From a virus (taxonomy: Duplodnaviria > Heunggongvirae > Uroviricota > Caudoviricetes): a stretch of 9,491 bases of DNA. The stretch covers positions 1-9,491 of the IMG/VR virus record IMGVR_UViG_2547132272_000017. One strand, written 5' to 3'. A model generated the notes under the pieces. It was not told the DNA's origin. It was given only the letters and a program-made list of their open reading frames with translations, and did no database searches. The position numbers were made by a program, and so were the translations under genes. Numbering within the stretch: the first letter of the stretch is position 1; each line of letters opens with the position of its first letter. This document shows, piece by piece, positions 1 to 7,012 of this stretch.

Positions 1-91
1 ACTCTCCAGGAAACCCGGGGCGGTTCAGTTGTTCCGCCTGTCGCAACATTTCCTGTGCCTGTTTACGTAATTGTTCAGGGGTAAAAGTCAT
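1..91 (-). CDS. Partial ORF (N-terminus only; continues past the left window edge), hypothetical protein
   Basis: ATG at 91..89 on the minus strand, 11 nt after the helicase stop (TGA, 105..103). Reverse complement of 1-91 is open and reads MTFTPEQLRKQAQEMLRQAEQLNRPGFPGE. No clear Shine-Dalgarno; only 30 codons visible. Confidence 0.25.
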   Translation of the reverse strand, partial: MTFTPEQLRKQAQEMLRQAEQLNRPGFPGE

Positions 92-102
92 TGTCTGGTT
101 GT

Positions 103-1494
103 TCAAAAGAAACGCTCCATCTTACTGCTGTCAGTTCGTTTGTTGCTGTATCTGCGCGGCTGAGGCTGCTGCATTGGGGTGGAAAGAATCTGTGCGCTTT
201 CCTGATCCACAGGCAGAAAATGTCCGTTATAAAAACGCCGATAAATCGTCCCCAGAGAACCGTTACGTTGTTTCGTGATATTGATTTCTGCGATGCCCCT
301 GGCCTGCGTATCCGGGTTGTACACTTCATCCCTGTAAAGCATCAGAATGATGTCTGCATCCGCCTCTATTTCTCCGGAATTTTTCAGGTCTGAGTTCATG
401 GGGCGTTTATTGGGCCTGGACTCCACACCGCGGGAGAGCTGACTCAGCGCAATCAACGGAAAACCACCGGATTTTGCCAGGCCTTTAAGCCCCTTTGAGA
501 TTTCACCAACGGCAAGGTCATGACGCCCTGTGGTTCGGGTTTTTATCAGCCCGAGATAATCAACCACCACCAGCGCCGTTTCCGGATGTTTAATCAGGTG
601 ATGTTTCGTTGTTGCGCATATCTCATCAATGGTCAGGTTCGCCTGGTCCACCATCCAGATATTGCGCCCGGTCATCCGCCCCACTCCTTGTGAGAAACGT
701 GCCCAGTCTTCGTCTTCAAAGTGAGTGACAGATTTCAGGCGTGATACCGGCATTCCTCCAGCCGCAGATACCATGCGTTCACCAATCTGGATGTTCGCCA
801 TTTCCATTGTGAACAGAAGAACACCATGCCCCTGCTCAGTCACCTTGTCGATGATATCCAGCGCCAGTTCGGTTTTGCCCATCGAAGGACGTGCAGCAAT
901 AAATACCAGGTCGCCAGGCTCCATGCCGCCCGTTTTTGCGTCCAGTTCATCAATACCGGTCATCAACGTCCTGGATTTCTCCAGCCCCTGATTCCGGCAT
1001 TCAACACGCTCAACCACTTCCGGAAGCACATCATCAATATGTACCGGCTGAATAACGCCCTTTTCCGTCGACAATGAGGCCATCATGTTCTGCGCATCCT
1101 TCAGAGCATCTTCAGCTGCTTCACAGGTATGCGCATCACGTAATTTCTGCAGCGCCTCATTCAGTGTTTTTTCTGCATCACGCAATGCGGCATTACGCCG
1201 CAACGCCGTAACATAGTGCTCCAGTGACGACTTCACCCAGGTTTTGCGCCCGGTATCAGTAATCACCGGGGCAAGTTCCGGCATCTCATTACACAACAGC
1301 ACAGGGTCAATCACGCCGGACACACGGGCCTGTCTGCAGATGCCTGTGTAGATATCCCGGTACGGTCGTACAGAAAAAACGTCCGCCGGTAGTGTGGCCA
1401 GAATATCCATCACTTCAGGATCTGCCCCTCGCAGAAAAAACGCGCCAATGACAGCGCCTTCCAGGTCATCGTTACGCCAGACAGGAGAAGTCAT
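103..1494 (-). CDS. DnaB-family replicative DNA helicase (phage-encoded)
   Basis: Long ORF with Walker A motif (ARPSMGKTELALD) and overall DnaB-like RecA-fold layout. Start placed at the ATG at 1494 (MTSPVWRND...), preceded by GGAGG and overlapping the upstream gene's stop as ATGA. The ORF track's start at 1533 is a TTG without an RBS. Confidence 0.85.
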   Translation of the reverse strand: MTSPVWRNDDLEGAVIGAFFLRGADPEVMDILATLPADVFSVRPYRDIYTGICRQARVSGVIDPVLLCNEMPELAPVITDTGRKTWVKSSLEHYVTALRRNAALRDAEKTLNEALQKLRDAHTCEAAEDALKDAQNMMASLSTEKGVIQPVHIDDVLPEVVERVECRNQGLEKSRTLMTGIDELDAKTGGMEPGDLVFIAARPSMGKTELALDIIDKVTEQGHGVLLFTMEMANIQIGERMVSAAGGMPVSRLKSVTHFEDEDWARFSQGVGRMTGRNIWMVDQANLTIDEICATTKHHLIKHPETALVVVDYLGLIKTRTTGRHDLAVGEISKGLKGLAKSGGFPLIALSQLSRGVESRPNKRPMNSDLKNSGEIEADADIILMLYRDEVYNPDTQARGIAEINITKQRNGSLGTIYRRFYNGHFLPVDQESAQILSTPMQQPQPRRYSNKRTDSSKMERFF

Positions 1495-2381
1495 GCTGCC
1501 ACACCTCCGATATGTGCACGGTAACTTTCCCAACCAAACACCAGGCAGTTACGCCCACCATCAGTAACGCGATCCACAATCCGTTCACCAATGGACTCCT
1601 TAAGTTGGTCAAATGTCAGATTACTAATCAAAATTGTCGGTAAAACGCTTTCGTAACGTGCATTGATGATTTCCTGCAGGATGGTTATCTCTGTTGGCGT
1701 ACCGAACTGCACACCAACCTCATCGATGATGAGCAGGTCCAGCGATACAAAATGGTCAATAACTTCATCTTCAGTGCGTTCAGAATTGTGACGCCAGGTA
1801 TTTTTCACAGCGCGGGTCAGTCGCATGACATCCGTAATTTCGACAGTCGCCAGGTGGTGGCGAATAATATTTTTTGCCATTGATACAGCCAGGTGATTTT
1901 TCCCGGTACCGCAATTGCCAATCATGATCATGCTGGTACCCGCAGCAAGACACTTCTCCCATGAACTGGCATAGCGCCGACAAGCCTCAAGATTTCTCTG
2001 TGCGTCAGCATTCACAGCCTGGTAGTTCTCAAACTCGCAGTCCTGGAAGCGGCGGGCAATACCAGCTCTGTCAAGTAATTCATGAACTTTCAGGATGCGT
2101 AACGCCTCCTGTACCTGATCCAGTTCATTCGCAATGCAGGTCGGGCAACCAGACACCCGTTTGATGGTTTCCCCACGAACATCTGGCCCTTTCAACACCA
2201 GACGTGTGTATTTCCCGTGTTTCTCACACTCAGCAGTTTCCTCGCTTGTCAGCCAGTGTTCACAGCGCCACGGACGCTTCCCGGCACGGGCAAACTGCAT
2301 CTCCTCCTCCAGTTCCGCCCTGCGGTTGAGCAATTGCGCTTTATCGTGTTGTGCGTAGTGTTTTTTTAACTGTTCAAACAT
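1491..2381 (-). CDS. DnaC/IstB-like AAA+ ATPase, putative helicase loader / replication protein
   Basis: Walker A (GNCGTGKNHLA) and Walker B (LLIIDEVG) motifs. Cys-rich N-terminal region (RCEHW, ECEKHG, GCPTC). SD GAGGTGA 7 nt upstream of the ATG at 2381. Stop overlaps the helicase start (ATGA). Confidence 0.8.
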   Translation of the reverse strand: MFEQLKKHYAQHDKAQLLNRRAELEEEMQFARAGKRPWRCEHWLTSEETAECEKHGKYTRLVLKGPDVRGETIKRVSGCPTCIANELDQVQEALRILKVHELLDRAGIARRFQDCEFENYQAVNADAQRNLEACRRYASSWEKCLAAGTSMIMIGNCGTGKNHLAVSMAKNIIRHHLATVEITDVMRLTRAVKNTWRHNSERTEDEVIDHFVSLDLLIIDEVGVQFGTPTEITILQEIINARYESVLPTILISNLTFDQLKESIGERIVDRVTDGGRNCLVFGWESYRAHIGGVAA

Positions 2382-2400
2382 TGTTCATCACCTCGAAAAA

Positions 2401-3378
2401 TCACCAGTTGAAGTTCGTTGAACCGTAGTCCTGCTCACTGAATCCCGAGATCGGGAGGCCGGTAGTTCGCCCACCTCCGGGAGCGGCTGGCTGTTGCCAG
2501 GATTCCTCGAAATGGCGATCGGGTCCAAAGAACGTCGCGGCCTGCTTCACGAACTGTGTGCCTGTATTTCCTGTAGCACGTACCCAGGCGGCATACCGCT
2601 TCACACCATCAAGCATGGTCTCCGGTTTTATTCCCTCCCTGATACGGGCTTTCCAGGCTTTGAAGGCTGCTGACTTGGAATTGCCACCAGCACGTTTGGG
2701 ATATTCCTGCCAGGCCTGTTCAAATTCCGGTGAATATTCCTGTCGGGCAGAACGCGCTGGTGCAGACGCGTCAGCGGATGCGCCAATAGTGTTTTTAGTC
2801 TCCGTTGTAATCTCTGTAGTAATCTCTGTATTTGTATCAACATTCGGCGTATCCCCTGTTCCGTTATGACGTTGGGGGGTGTTCCGTTTTAACGTAATAG
2901 CTGTATCGCTGATTGCGTTATTGCTGTTACTTTCTGGCGAAACAGAAGAAGGAGTAGTAATGGCAGCAATTGCCTGTGGGTTGATCCCGACAAACAAAAT
3001 ATTGCTGCATTTCACACCATCGAGCATTTCCACCGTGCGTAAATCCAGGGAAATAAACCCGGCATCACGAAGGCGCTTCAACGCATCCGCGGTTTCCCTT
3101 TTCCCGAAACCAAACTGCTCAGCAAACGCCTGATAACTTCTTTGCAGCTTGTCCCCCTGAAAACGCTTGCGATATCCCAGCAAAGCCCCGGTATGCTCAT
3201 CCCTGACTTCTGTCGGGCGGTACCAGTAAACGATCTCTGAGAGCAGGGCGATAGCGGTCGCATCCGGACGACCACTGGGTAGCCGAATATGTTTCCACCA
3301 GTTCGCTGGTGTGACATTGCCGGAAATATTAATTTGACCAATAGCTATAACTTCCGGTGTGGGGGCGTAACGACTCAT
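2401..3378 (-). CDS. Phage replication initiation / replisome-organiser protein (O-like)
   Basis: 325-aa ORF immediately upstream of the DnaC-like and DnaB-like genes, with a strong SD (AAGGAGG). N-terminal region resembles phage replisome-organiser proteins; a low-complexity linker (TEITTEITTE) separates it from a C-terminal domain. Assignment rests on position and architecture, not on a searched match. Confidence 0.6.
   Translation of the reverse strand: MSRYAPTPEVIAIGQINISGNVTPANWWKHIRLPSGRPDATAIALLSEIVYWYRPTEVRDEHTGALLGYRKRFQGDKLQRSYQAFAEQFGFGKRETADALKRLRDAGFISLDLRTVEMLDGVKCSNILFVGINPQAIAAITTPSSVSPESNSNNAISDTAITLKRNTPQRHNGTGDTPNVDTNTEITTEITTETKNTIGASADASAPARSARQEYSPEFEQAWQEYPKRAGGNSKSAAFKAWKARIREGIKPETMLDGVKRYAAWVRATGNTGTQFVKQAATFFGPDRHFEESWQQPAAPGGGRTTGLPISGFSEQDYGSTNFNW
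2807..2830. repeat. Perfect tandem 12-bp direct repeat (gtaatctctgta x2) inside the O-like gene
   Basis: Read directly: 2807-2818 and 2819-2830 are identical, followed by a partial third unit (tttgta). Encodes the TEITTEIT linker on the minus strand. Confidence 0.7.
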
Positions 3379-3674
3379 ACAGCCTCCTTACGCGGCATAA
3401 CAATGGTGTAACCCCGGGCAGGCTGGAGCCGGGCTTTTGCATCAATAGTGAGCGTTGCAATTTTTCGGATACGCAGATACCCTGCCCTTTCCAGGGTCAG
3501 GGTTTCTCTGAACATTGCCTGTTTTGAACAGCAACAAAAATCGGCAAGGACCTGGTGATCAATAACCCTCTCACCTTCACCGTCTGAAGAACCCGACATC
3601 AAAACACGCAACATAATCAGGCGCTGAATCGGATTATCGAAAACACTTCCGCATACAAACTGAAAACAGTTCAC
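3375..3674 (-). CDS. Hypothetical protein (99 aa, GTG start)
   Basis: GTG start at 3674 preceded by GGGAGG at good spacing. Start overlaps the upstream stop (GTGA) and the stop overlaps the O-like start (ATGA). The C-terminal half (QVLADFCCCSKQAMFRETLTLERAGYLRIRK) may be a winged-helix-like segment; this is unverified. Confidence 0.5.
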   Translation of the reverse strand: MNCFQFVCGSVFDNPIQRLIMLRVLMSGSSDGEGERVIDHQVLADFCCCSKQAMFRETLTLERAGYLRIRKIATLTIDAKARLQPARGYTIVMPRKEAV

Positions 3675-3895
3675 ACGGCACCTCCCAGGCGTTTAAACAT
3701 TTTTCCGGACTGAAACGCCACCAGTGGGTAACTGATGGTGTAGTTACGCCCCAGTAATTCACACACGACTTTCTGGCTTTCGGTACTGACCAGGCAAACC
3801 CGCAGAACATGGCCGTTGCTGGTGGCAAACCACTGCCCCACACGGGGGCAACGGTTGTATCGGTGATACAGGGAATTAACGACGCGGCGAATCAT
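3671..3895 (-). CDS. Hypothetical protein (74 aa; alternative start at 3910 would give 79 aa)
   Basis: ATG at 3895 overlaps the stop of the upstream 220-aa gene (ATGA), indicating translational coupling. No recognisable domain. Confidence 0.45.
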   Translation of the reverse strand: MIRRVVNSLYHRYNRCPRVGQWFATSNGHVLRVCLVSTESQKVVCELLGRNYTISYPLVAFQSGKMFKRLGGAV

Positions 3896-4554
3896 GGGCG
3901 CACTTCCCATTGATTACGGCGGAAAGCAGTGTGATTCAGGCTGGTTTCAGCCTCATGGAATGCTTCAATGCAGCTCTCGTAGTACCGCATTGTGCGCAGA
4001 CTTAACCCAAGCTGAAGCATCATCAGACCATCAAGGGTGATGTAATAACCACGCAGGGAATCGCCATACACGTGGTAAGTACCCGGAATGAAATTACGGG
4101 AGAAGAATTCACGTGAGCAGTTCAGATACTCGATTTTGTCGACGATGTTCTGGTGCATGCGCTTAAAGTGGCAGGCAACATGCAGGGAGAAAATAACAGC
4201 TTTGCCGTTGACGACTTCGATTTTCAGGTATGGGGAAGTTGGGACTGTAGCCATGATGGCAGCCTCCGTATGCAATGGATAACTTCCACCACCGGAAACG
4301 CCAATTTCACTGGTGGTGAACTGAACGGGGTTGGCGTAACCGGCGCATACGGAAACCGGCGCATCTTTCGATGCCCCCGCCCAGCCCACCATAATCTGGA
4401 TGTGAGCAAATGCGGACGATAAAAAAGACGCTGGCGCGTCGTATATCGCCGTATGCAATTCCAGGACGCCAATCCCGGCACCCGCTTTATAAGGTGCCAG
4501 AACAGTGTAACGTCCCGAAATTGCAGAATCAATATTTAGGCTTGAAACATTCAT
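3892..4554 (-). CDS. Hypothetical protein (220 aa)
   Basis: Longest ORF in this interval, on the same strand as the flanking operon; ORFs in other frames are shorter shadows. No clear SD upstream of the ATG at 4554 and no recognised motif. Confidence 0.55.
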   Translation of the reverse strand: MNVSSLNIDSAISGRYTVLAPYKAGAGIGVLELHTAIYDAPASFLSSAFAHIQIMVGWAGASKDAPVSVCAGYANPVQFTTSEIGVSGGGSYPLHTEAAIMATVPTSPYLKIEVVNGKAVIFSLHVACHFKRMHQNIVDKIEYLNCSREFFSRNFIPGTYHVYGDSLRGYYITLDGLMMLQLGLSLRTMRYYESCIEAFHEAETSLNHTAFRRNQWEVRP

Positions 4555-4631
4555 ATGCTTACTGGTATTTTTGTTGACGTTCTTGGATTCTTGGGCCTGC
4601 TTTATGCAGTTGCCTGTATCAACGTTGAGCG

Positions 4632-4657
4632 AGCCGGGTTACTACCCGGCTTTTTTT
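4632..4657 (+). terminator. Intrinsic terminator-type hairpin (8-bp GC-rich stem AGCCGGGT/ACCCGGCT, 4-nt loop) followed by T7 on the + strand
   Basis: Read directly: stem 4632-4639 / 4644-4651, T-run 4651-4657. Canonical for + strand transcription; on the minus strand it sits immediately after the Rha stop codon, preceded by an A-tract with no U-tract after it. Confidence 0.6.
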
Positions 4658-5388
4658 CACCGCTGCCAACCAATAACCTGAAATAACCCCATTTTCGGGT
4701 GATACCAGCGAGTCCCTCGCGGTTCTGCTTCCTCCATAACCCGATAAAAAGCAGCCATAAACGGTTCCACAGCAACAATTGCGCGACGTGACAACAATCC
4801 GTCCGGCGTCATGAACTCATGGGTGTCTGTAGGAATTTGATAGGCGTTCACCAGATTGCGGCATTTATCATCTGACAAACCGGTTTTTGCTTTCAGTTGG
4901 CGATATCCGGCATAGCCCTCACGAATGGTGCCCTTTTTGATTTGCTCAACTGTTTCGGCAACATGGCTGACTTTTTCTTCCACCTGAGTGATCCGTTTCT
5001 GCTGGCGAACAGCTTCAAGAGCCATCGCTGCAACCATTTCGATTTCGCTCATTGGCTTACGGATCTGTTCTTCCAGTTCGCGCCAGCGATCTACCAGGCG
5101 AGCAGTGAATTCAGGACAGAGCTGTGCGACGACAATGATGCTGTCGCGCTTACCTTGTTCTCCTTCAAACAGGTAATGCTCATATTGAACTTTAAAACCT
5201 AAGTTATTGATTCTTTCGGAAACCTCAATTTGAGGAGACCGGACAACGCCACCTTTGGCTAATGTTTCAATAGTGCGTTTCACATTGTCATGACGTTTAC
5301 CCACCAGCTCTGCGATTTCAACGCTGGTCATGGATACTTTGTCGTTAAAAATTGCAGCGTTCATTGTTGCCTCTTTACGAAAAACCAT
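4657..5388 (-). CDS. rha: Rha-family phage regulatory protein
   Basis: N-terminal signature SMTSVEIAELVGKRHDNVKRTIETL is typical of the Rha domain. Two candidate in-frame starts, ATG 5388 (SD AGAGG) and ATG 5364 (SD AAAGAGG); the longer is annotated. Confidence 0.8.
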   Translation of the reverse strand: MVFRKEATMNAAIFNDKVSMTSVEIAELVGKRHDNVKRTIETLAKGGVVRSPQIEVSERINNLGFKVQYEHYLFEGEQGKRDSIIVVAQLCPEFTARLVDRWRELEEQIRKPMSEIEMVAAMALEAVRQQKRITQVEEKVSHVAETVEQIKKGTIREGYAGYRQLKAKTGLSDDKCRNLVNAYQIPTDTHEFMTPDGLLSRRAIVAVEPFMAAFYRVMEEAEPRGTRWYHPKMGLFQVIGWQR

Positions 5389-5433
5389 GATTAACCTCTA
5401 GCTTTCCCCGTCTTTTCCGCACTTCTTGTACGG

Positions 5434-5442
5434 TGATATTAT
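5434..5442 (+). promoter_or_regulatory. Extended -10-like element TGaTATTAT, candidate promoter for the + strand gene at 5536
   Basis: Sequence TGATATTAT sits about 95 nt upstream of the ATG at 5536. The -35 is weak (tttccg). It lies in the 147-bp divergent spacer between the Rha start and the + strand gene. Confidence 0.3.
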
Positions 5443-5535
5443 TCAGTGCCGGATGCTTACCCGTGTCCGGCGCACGACCACACGTAGCCGCGTGTTGGTC
5501 TCCATTTTCAATTCAGCTCTCAATGGAGGATAAAA

Positions 5536-5781
5536 ATGTCAAATACCCAACATCTAAAAGCGGCGGATCCCGTTTTACGCCTCAATGCACTTGAAACGGT
5601 TGTTCGGGCGATGCTGTCGAGCATGACACCCGAGCAAATAAACAAAGCGCGATTGATTGCTACTCGTGGTGCCCAATTAGCAGCCCTAGATCCATTGCTC
5701 ACTCCTGCGAATCGCGAAGATGTAGAGCACATTCAGGGGATGGTTGATTATTTATTCGCCCATATTCCTGATCAGATTTGA
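5536..5781 (+). CDS. Hypothetical protein (81 aa), convergent with cro, inside the rightward early region
   Basis: Strong SD GGAGGA 5 nt before the ATG at 5536. Protein-like composition (MSNTQHLKAADPVLRLNALETVVRAML...). A hairpin plus T-rich tract lies downstream. The antisense ORF 5520..5732 has biased Ser/Ala/Arg content typical of a shadow frame. Confidence 0.55.
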   Translation: MSNTQHLKAADPVLRLNALETVVRAMLSSMTPEQINKARLIATRGAQLAALDPLLTPANREDVEHIQGMVDYLFAHIPDQI

Positions 5782-5813
5782 TTCTTTGAACCATAATTTC
5801 AGCGATACGAATG

Positions 5814-5844
5814 GCCGCCGCTTCGAGCCTGGCGGCTTCTTTAT
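5814..5844 (+). terminator. Hairpin (GCCGCC / GGCGGC stem, 11-nt loop) followed by TTCTTTAT, between convergent genes
   Basis: Stem 5814-5819 / 5831-5836 read directly, T-rich tract 5837-5844. Lies 33 nt after the + gene stop and 27 nt after the cro stop on the other strand. Confidence 0.4.
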
Positions 5845-5862
5845 CTGCATAAGAGCTACCCA

Positions 5863-6108
5863 TCACTTCTCGTCCTCTGTGTGCGCTAAGCTTGGGTGTG
5901 GAAAAAGCTCTGGTAGGTCTGGACGAAATTCATACGCTTGGATCTTTCCGTCGACAGCTGCAACCAATAACGGCACAAATTCTGGTGAAATCTTGTTCTT
6001 GCAGTTCAACCAATCGCAGACTGTTGACTGGGCCTTTCCGCATCGCTTGGCTAAGGCTTGCTGACTTCCAAGAATCTCAATAGCTTTCTCTATGGCTTTA
6101 TGTTTCAT
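5863..6108 (-). CDS. cro: Cro-like HTH regulator (YdaS-type)
   Basis: Divergent from the cI-like gene across the operator region. Pattern AIEKAIEILGSQQALAKRCGKAQSTVCDWL...EFRPD matches the YdaS/Cro-like HTH family. Start set at ATG 6108 (MKHKAIEK...) with SD AGGAGA; the ORF track's longer start lacks an RBS. Confidence 0.75.
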   Translation of the reverse strand: MKHKAIEKAIEILGSQQALAKRCGKAQSTVCDWLNCKNKISPEFVPLLVAAVDGKIQAYEFRPDLPELFPHPSLAHTEDEK

Positions 6109-6227
6109 AATCGCATCTCCTATTGAACGCATAATAACAACAGGAAAAGCGATATTCAACGTTAAACCTAGAACATTTATCGGAAAGCCGATAGACTAGC
6201 CAGGATAGAGAGGGGAGGAAAATCGCA
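6109..6227. promoter_or_regulatory. Divergent control region (OR analogue) between cro and cI, with operator-like sites
   Basis: 119-bp spacer between the divergent HTH genes. Contains the palindrome TATCGGAAAGCCGATA (6178-6193) and weaker related copies at 6109-6124 and 6139-6154 (core ATCG-N6-CGAT). Confidence 0.7.
6131..6159 (-). promoter_or_regulatory. PR-like sigma70 promoter for cro (-35 TTGAAT, 17-bp spacer, -10 TATTAT, minus strand)
   Basis: Minus-strand reading: -35 is the complement of 6154-6159, -10 the complement of 6131-6136. This leaves a leader of about 16 nt carrying the cro SD. Confidence 0.5.
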
Positions 6228-6920
6228 ATGACATTTTCAGAACGACTTGATTTAGCTATGCGCAACGCAAAATTTACGCAAGGTAGGCTGGCCAAAGAAG
6301 TGGGTATGGCTCAGTCCAGTGTCAATCAACTACTTAACAAAGCCAACGGTTCCAGAAAAACAGTCGAAATAGCAAAAGTTTTGGGCGTTAACCCGGAATG
6401 GCTCGCATCGGGTGTTGGCCCAATGGAAATCGTGACCTCTGCAGACTCACACCAAATACGTAACATTTCTGAAGATTGGGTTACTGATTCGTATGTCGTG
6501 GATGTTTTAGACATCAGATATAGTTGCGGACCTGGTAGTTATAACTCTGATTTTCCTGACATTGTCAGATCTATAGCGATAGAACCAGGATACGCATCAA
6601 GAGTTTTTGGCGGCAGGCCAGCATCAGCAATCAAAGCAATAAACGCCCACGGCGACAGTATGAAAGGCACAATAGACCCTGAAGACTTGGTATTTGTAGA
6701 TGTATCAGTTCGCACATTTAATGGTGATGGTATATACGCCTTTACATACTCTGGAACATCGCACATCAAAAGACTTCAAAAAATCAAAGATACTCTAACG
6801 GTGATATCTGACAACCCAGCTTACAAGGATTGGGCTATCGAACCGGAAGACTTCGAACAACTTCACATTGACGGAAAAGTAATTGTCAGTTGGCCCATGA
6901 CACTACACCGTTTTGCATAA
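6228..6920 (+). CDS. cI: CI-like prophage repressor: N-terminal HTH plus C-terminal LexA/S24-type autopeptidase
   Basis: HTH (FTQGRLAKEVGMAQSSVNQLL); S24 motifs GDSM with a Lys about 38 residues downstream (HIKRL); possible Ala-Gly-type cleavage region (LASGVG). SD GGAGG 10 nt upstream of the ATG. Confidence 0.9.
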   Translation: MTFSERLDLAMRNAKFTQGRLAKEVGMAQSSVNQLLNKANGSRKTVEIAKVLGVNPEWLASGVGPMEIVTSADSHQIRNISEDWVTDSYVVDVLDIRYSCGPGSYNSDFPDIVRSIAIEPGYASRVFGGRPASAIKAINAHGDSMKGTIDPEDLVFVDVSVRTFNGDGIYAFTYSGTSHIKRLQKIKDTLTVISDNPAYKDWAIEPEDFEQLHIDGKVIVSWPMTLHRFA

Positions 6921-6938
6921 GCAAAAATCATTTAACCC

Positions 6939-6964
6939 GCCCACTCTTAAGTGGGCTTTTTTTT
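6939..6964 (+). terminator. Rho-independent terminator after cI (stem GCCCACT / AGTGGGC, loop CTTA, T8)
   Basis: Read directly: stem 6939-6945 / 6950-6956, T-run 6957-6964, 19 nt after the cI stop. Confidence 0.8.
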
Positions 6965-6971
6965 GGAAAAA

Positions 6972-7012
6972 AATCGATAAACCGATTGACAGACAAAATC
7001 GGCAAACCTATT
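6972..7012. promoter_or_regulatory. Two operator-like sites (OL analogue) overlapping the PL-like promoter
   Basis: AATCGATAAACCGATT (6972-6987, overlaps the -35) and AATCGGCAAACCTATT (6997-7012, overlaps the -10) share the core ATCG-N6-C(G/T)AT with the OR palindrome. Centre-to-centre spacing is 25 bp. Confidence 0.55.

Noticed and set aside
1495-1533. Longer start for the helicase at 1533
   Set aside because: Position 1533 is a TTG with no RBS. The ATG at 1494 has a GGAGG SD and overlaps the upstream stop (ATGA), so the shorter form is preferred.
75-2358. ORF-track entries 75..329(-), 91..393(+), 725..991(+), 826..1077(+), 1780..1983(-), 1961..2164(+), 2134..2358(+)
   Set aside because: All lie inside or antisense to the DnaB-like and DnaC-like genes in other frames, with no RBS and biased shadow-frame composition; treated as spurious.
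2558-4532. ORF-track entries 2558..2869(+), 2628..2843(-), 2879..3133(+), 3078..3341(-), 3634..3843(-), 4088..4282(+), 4153..4422(+), 4224..4532(-)
   Set aside because: They overlap the O-like gene or the 99/79/220-aa genes in alternative frames or on the opposite strand. The longer, coupled minus-strand ORFs explain the coding signal better.
5849-5857. boxA-like heptamer (minus-strand GCTCTTA) just after the cro stop and 12 nt before a hairpin, resembling a nutR arrangement
   Set aside because: A 7-mer match is expected by chance about once in this window, the hairpin loop is unlike known boxB elements, and no N-like Arg-rich protein is encoded after the PL-like promoter. Not enough to call a nut site.
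4897-6295. ORF-track entries 4897..5202(+), 4988..5176(+), 5520..5732(-), 5744..6064(+), 5892..6083(+), 6098..6295(-)
   Set aside because: Shadows of rha, of the + strand 81-aa gene or of cro, or spanning the operator region. The 5520..5732(-) frame was rejected in favour of the + strand ORF because only the latter has a strong SD and protein-like composition, though this remains uncertain.
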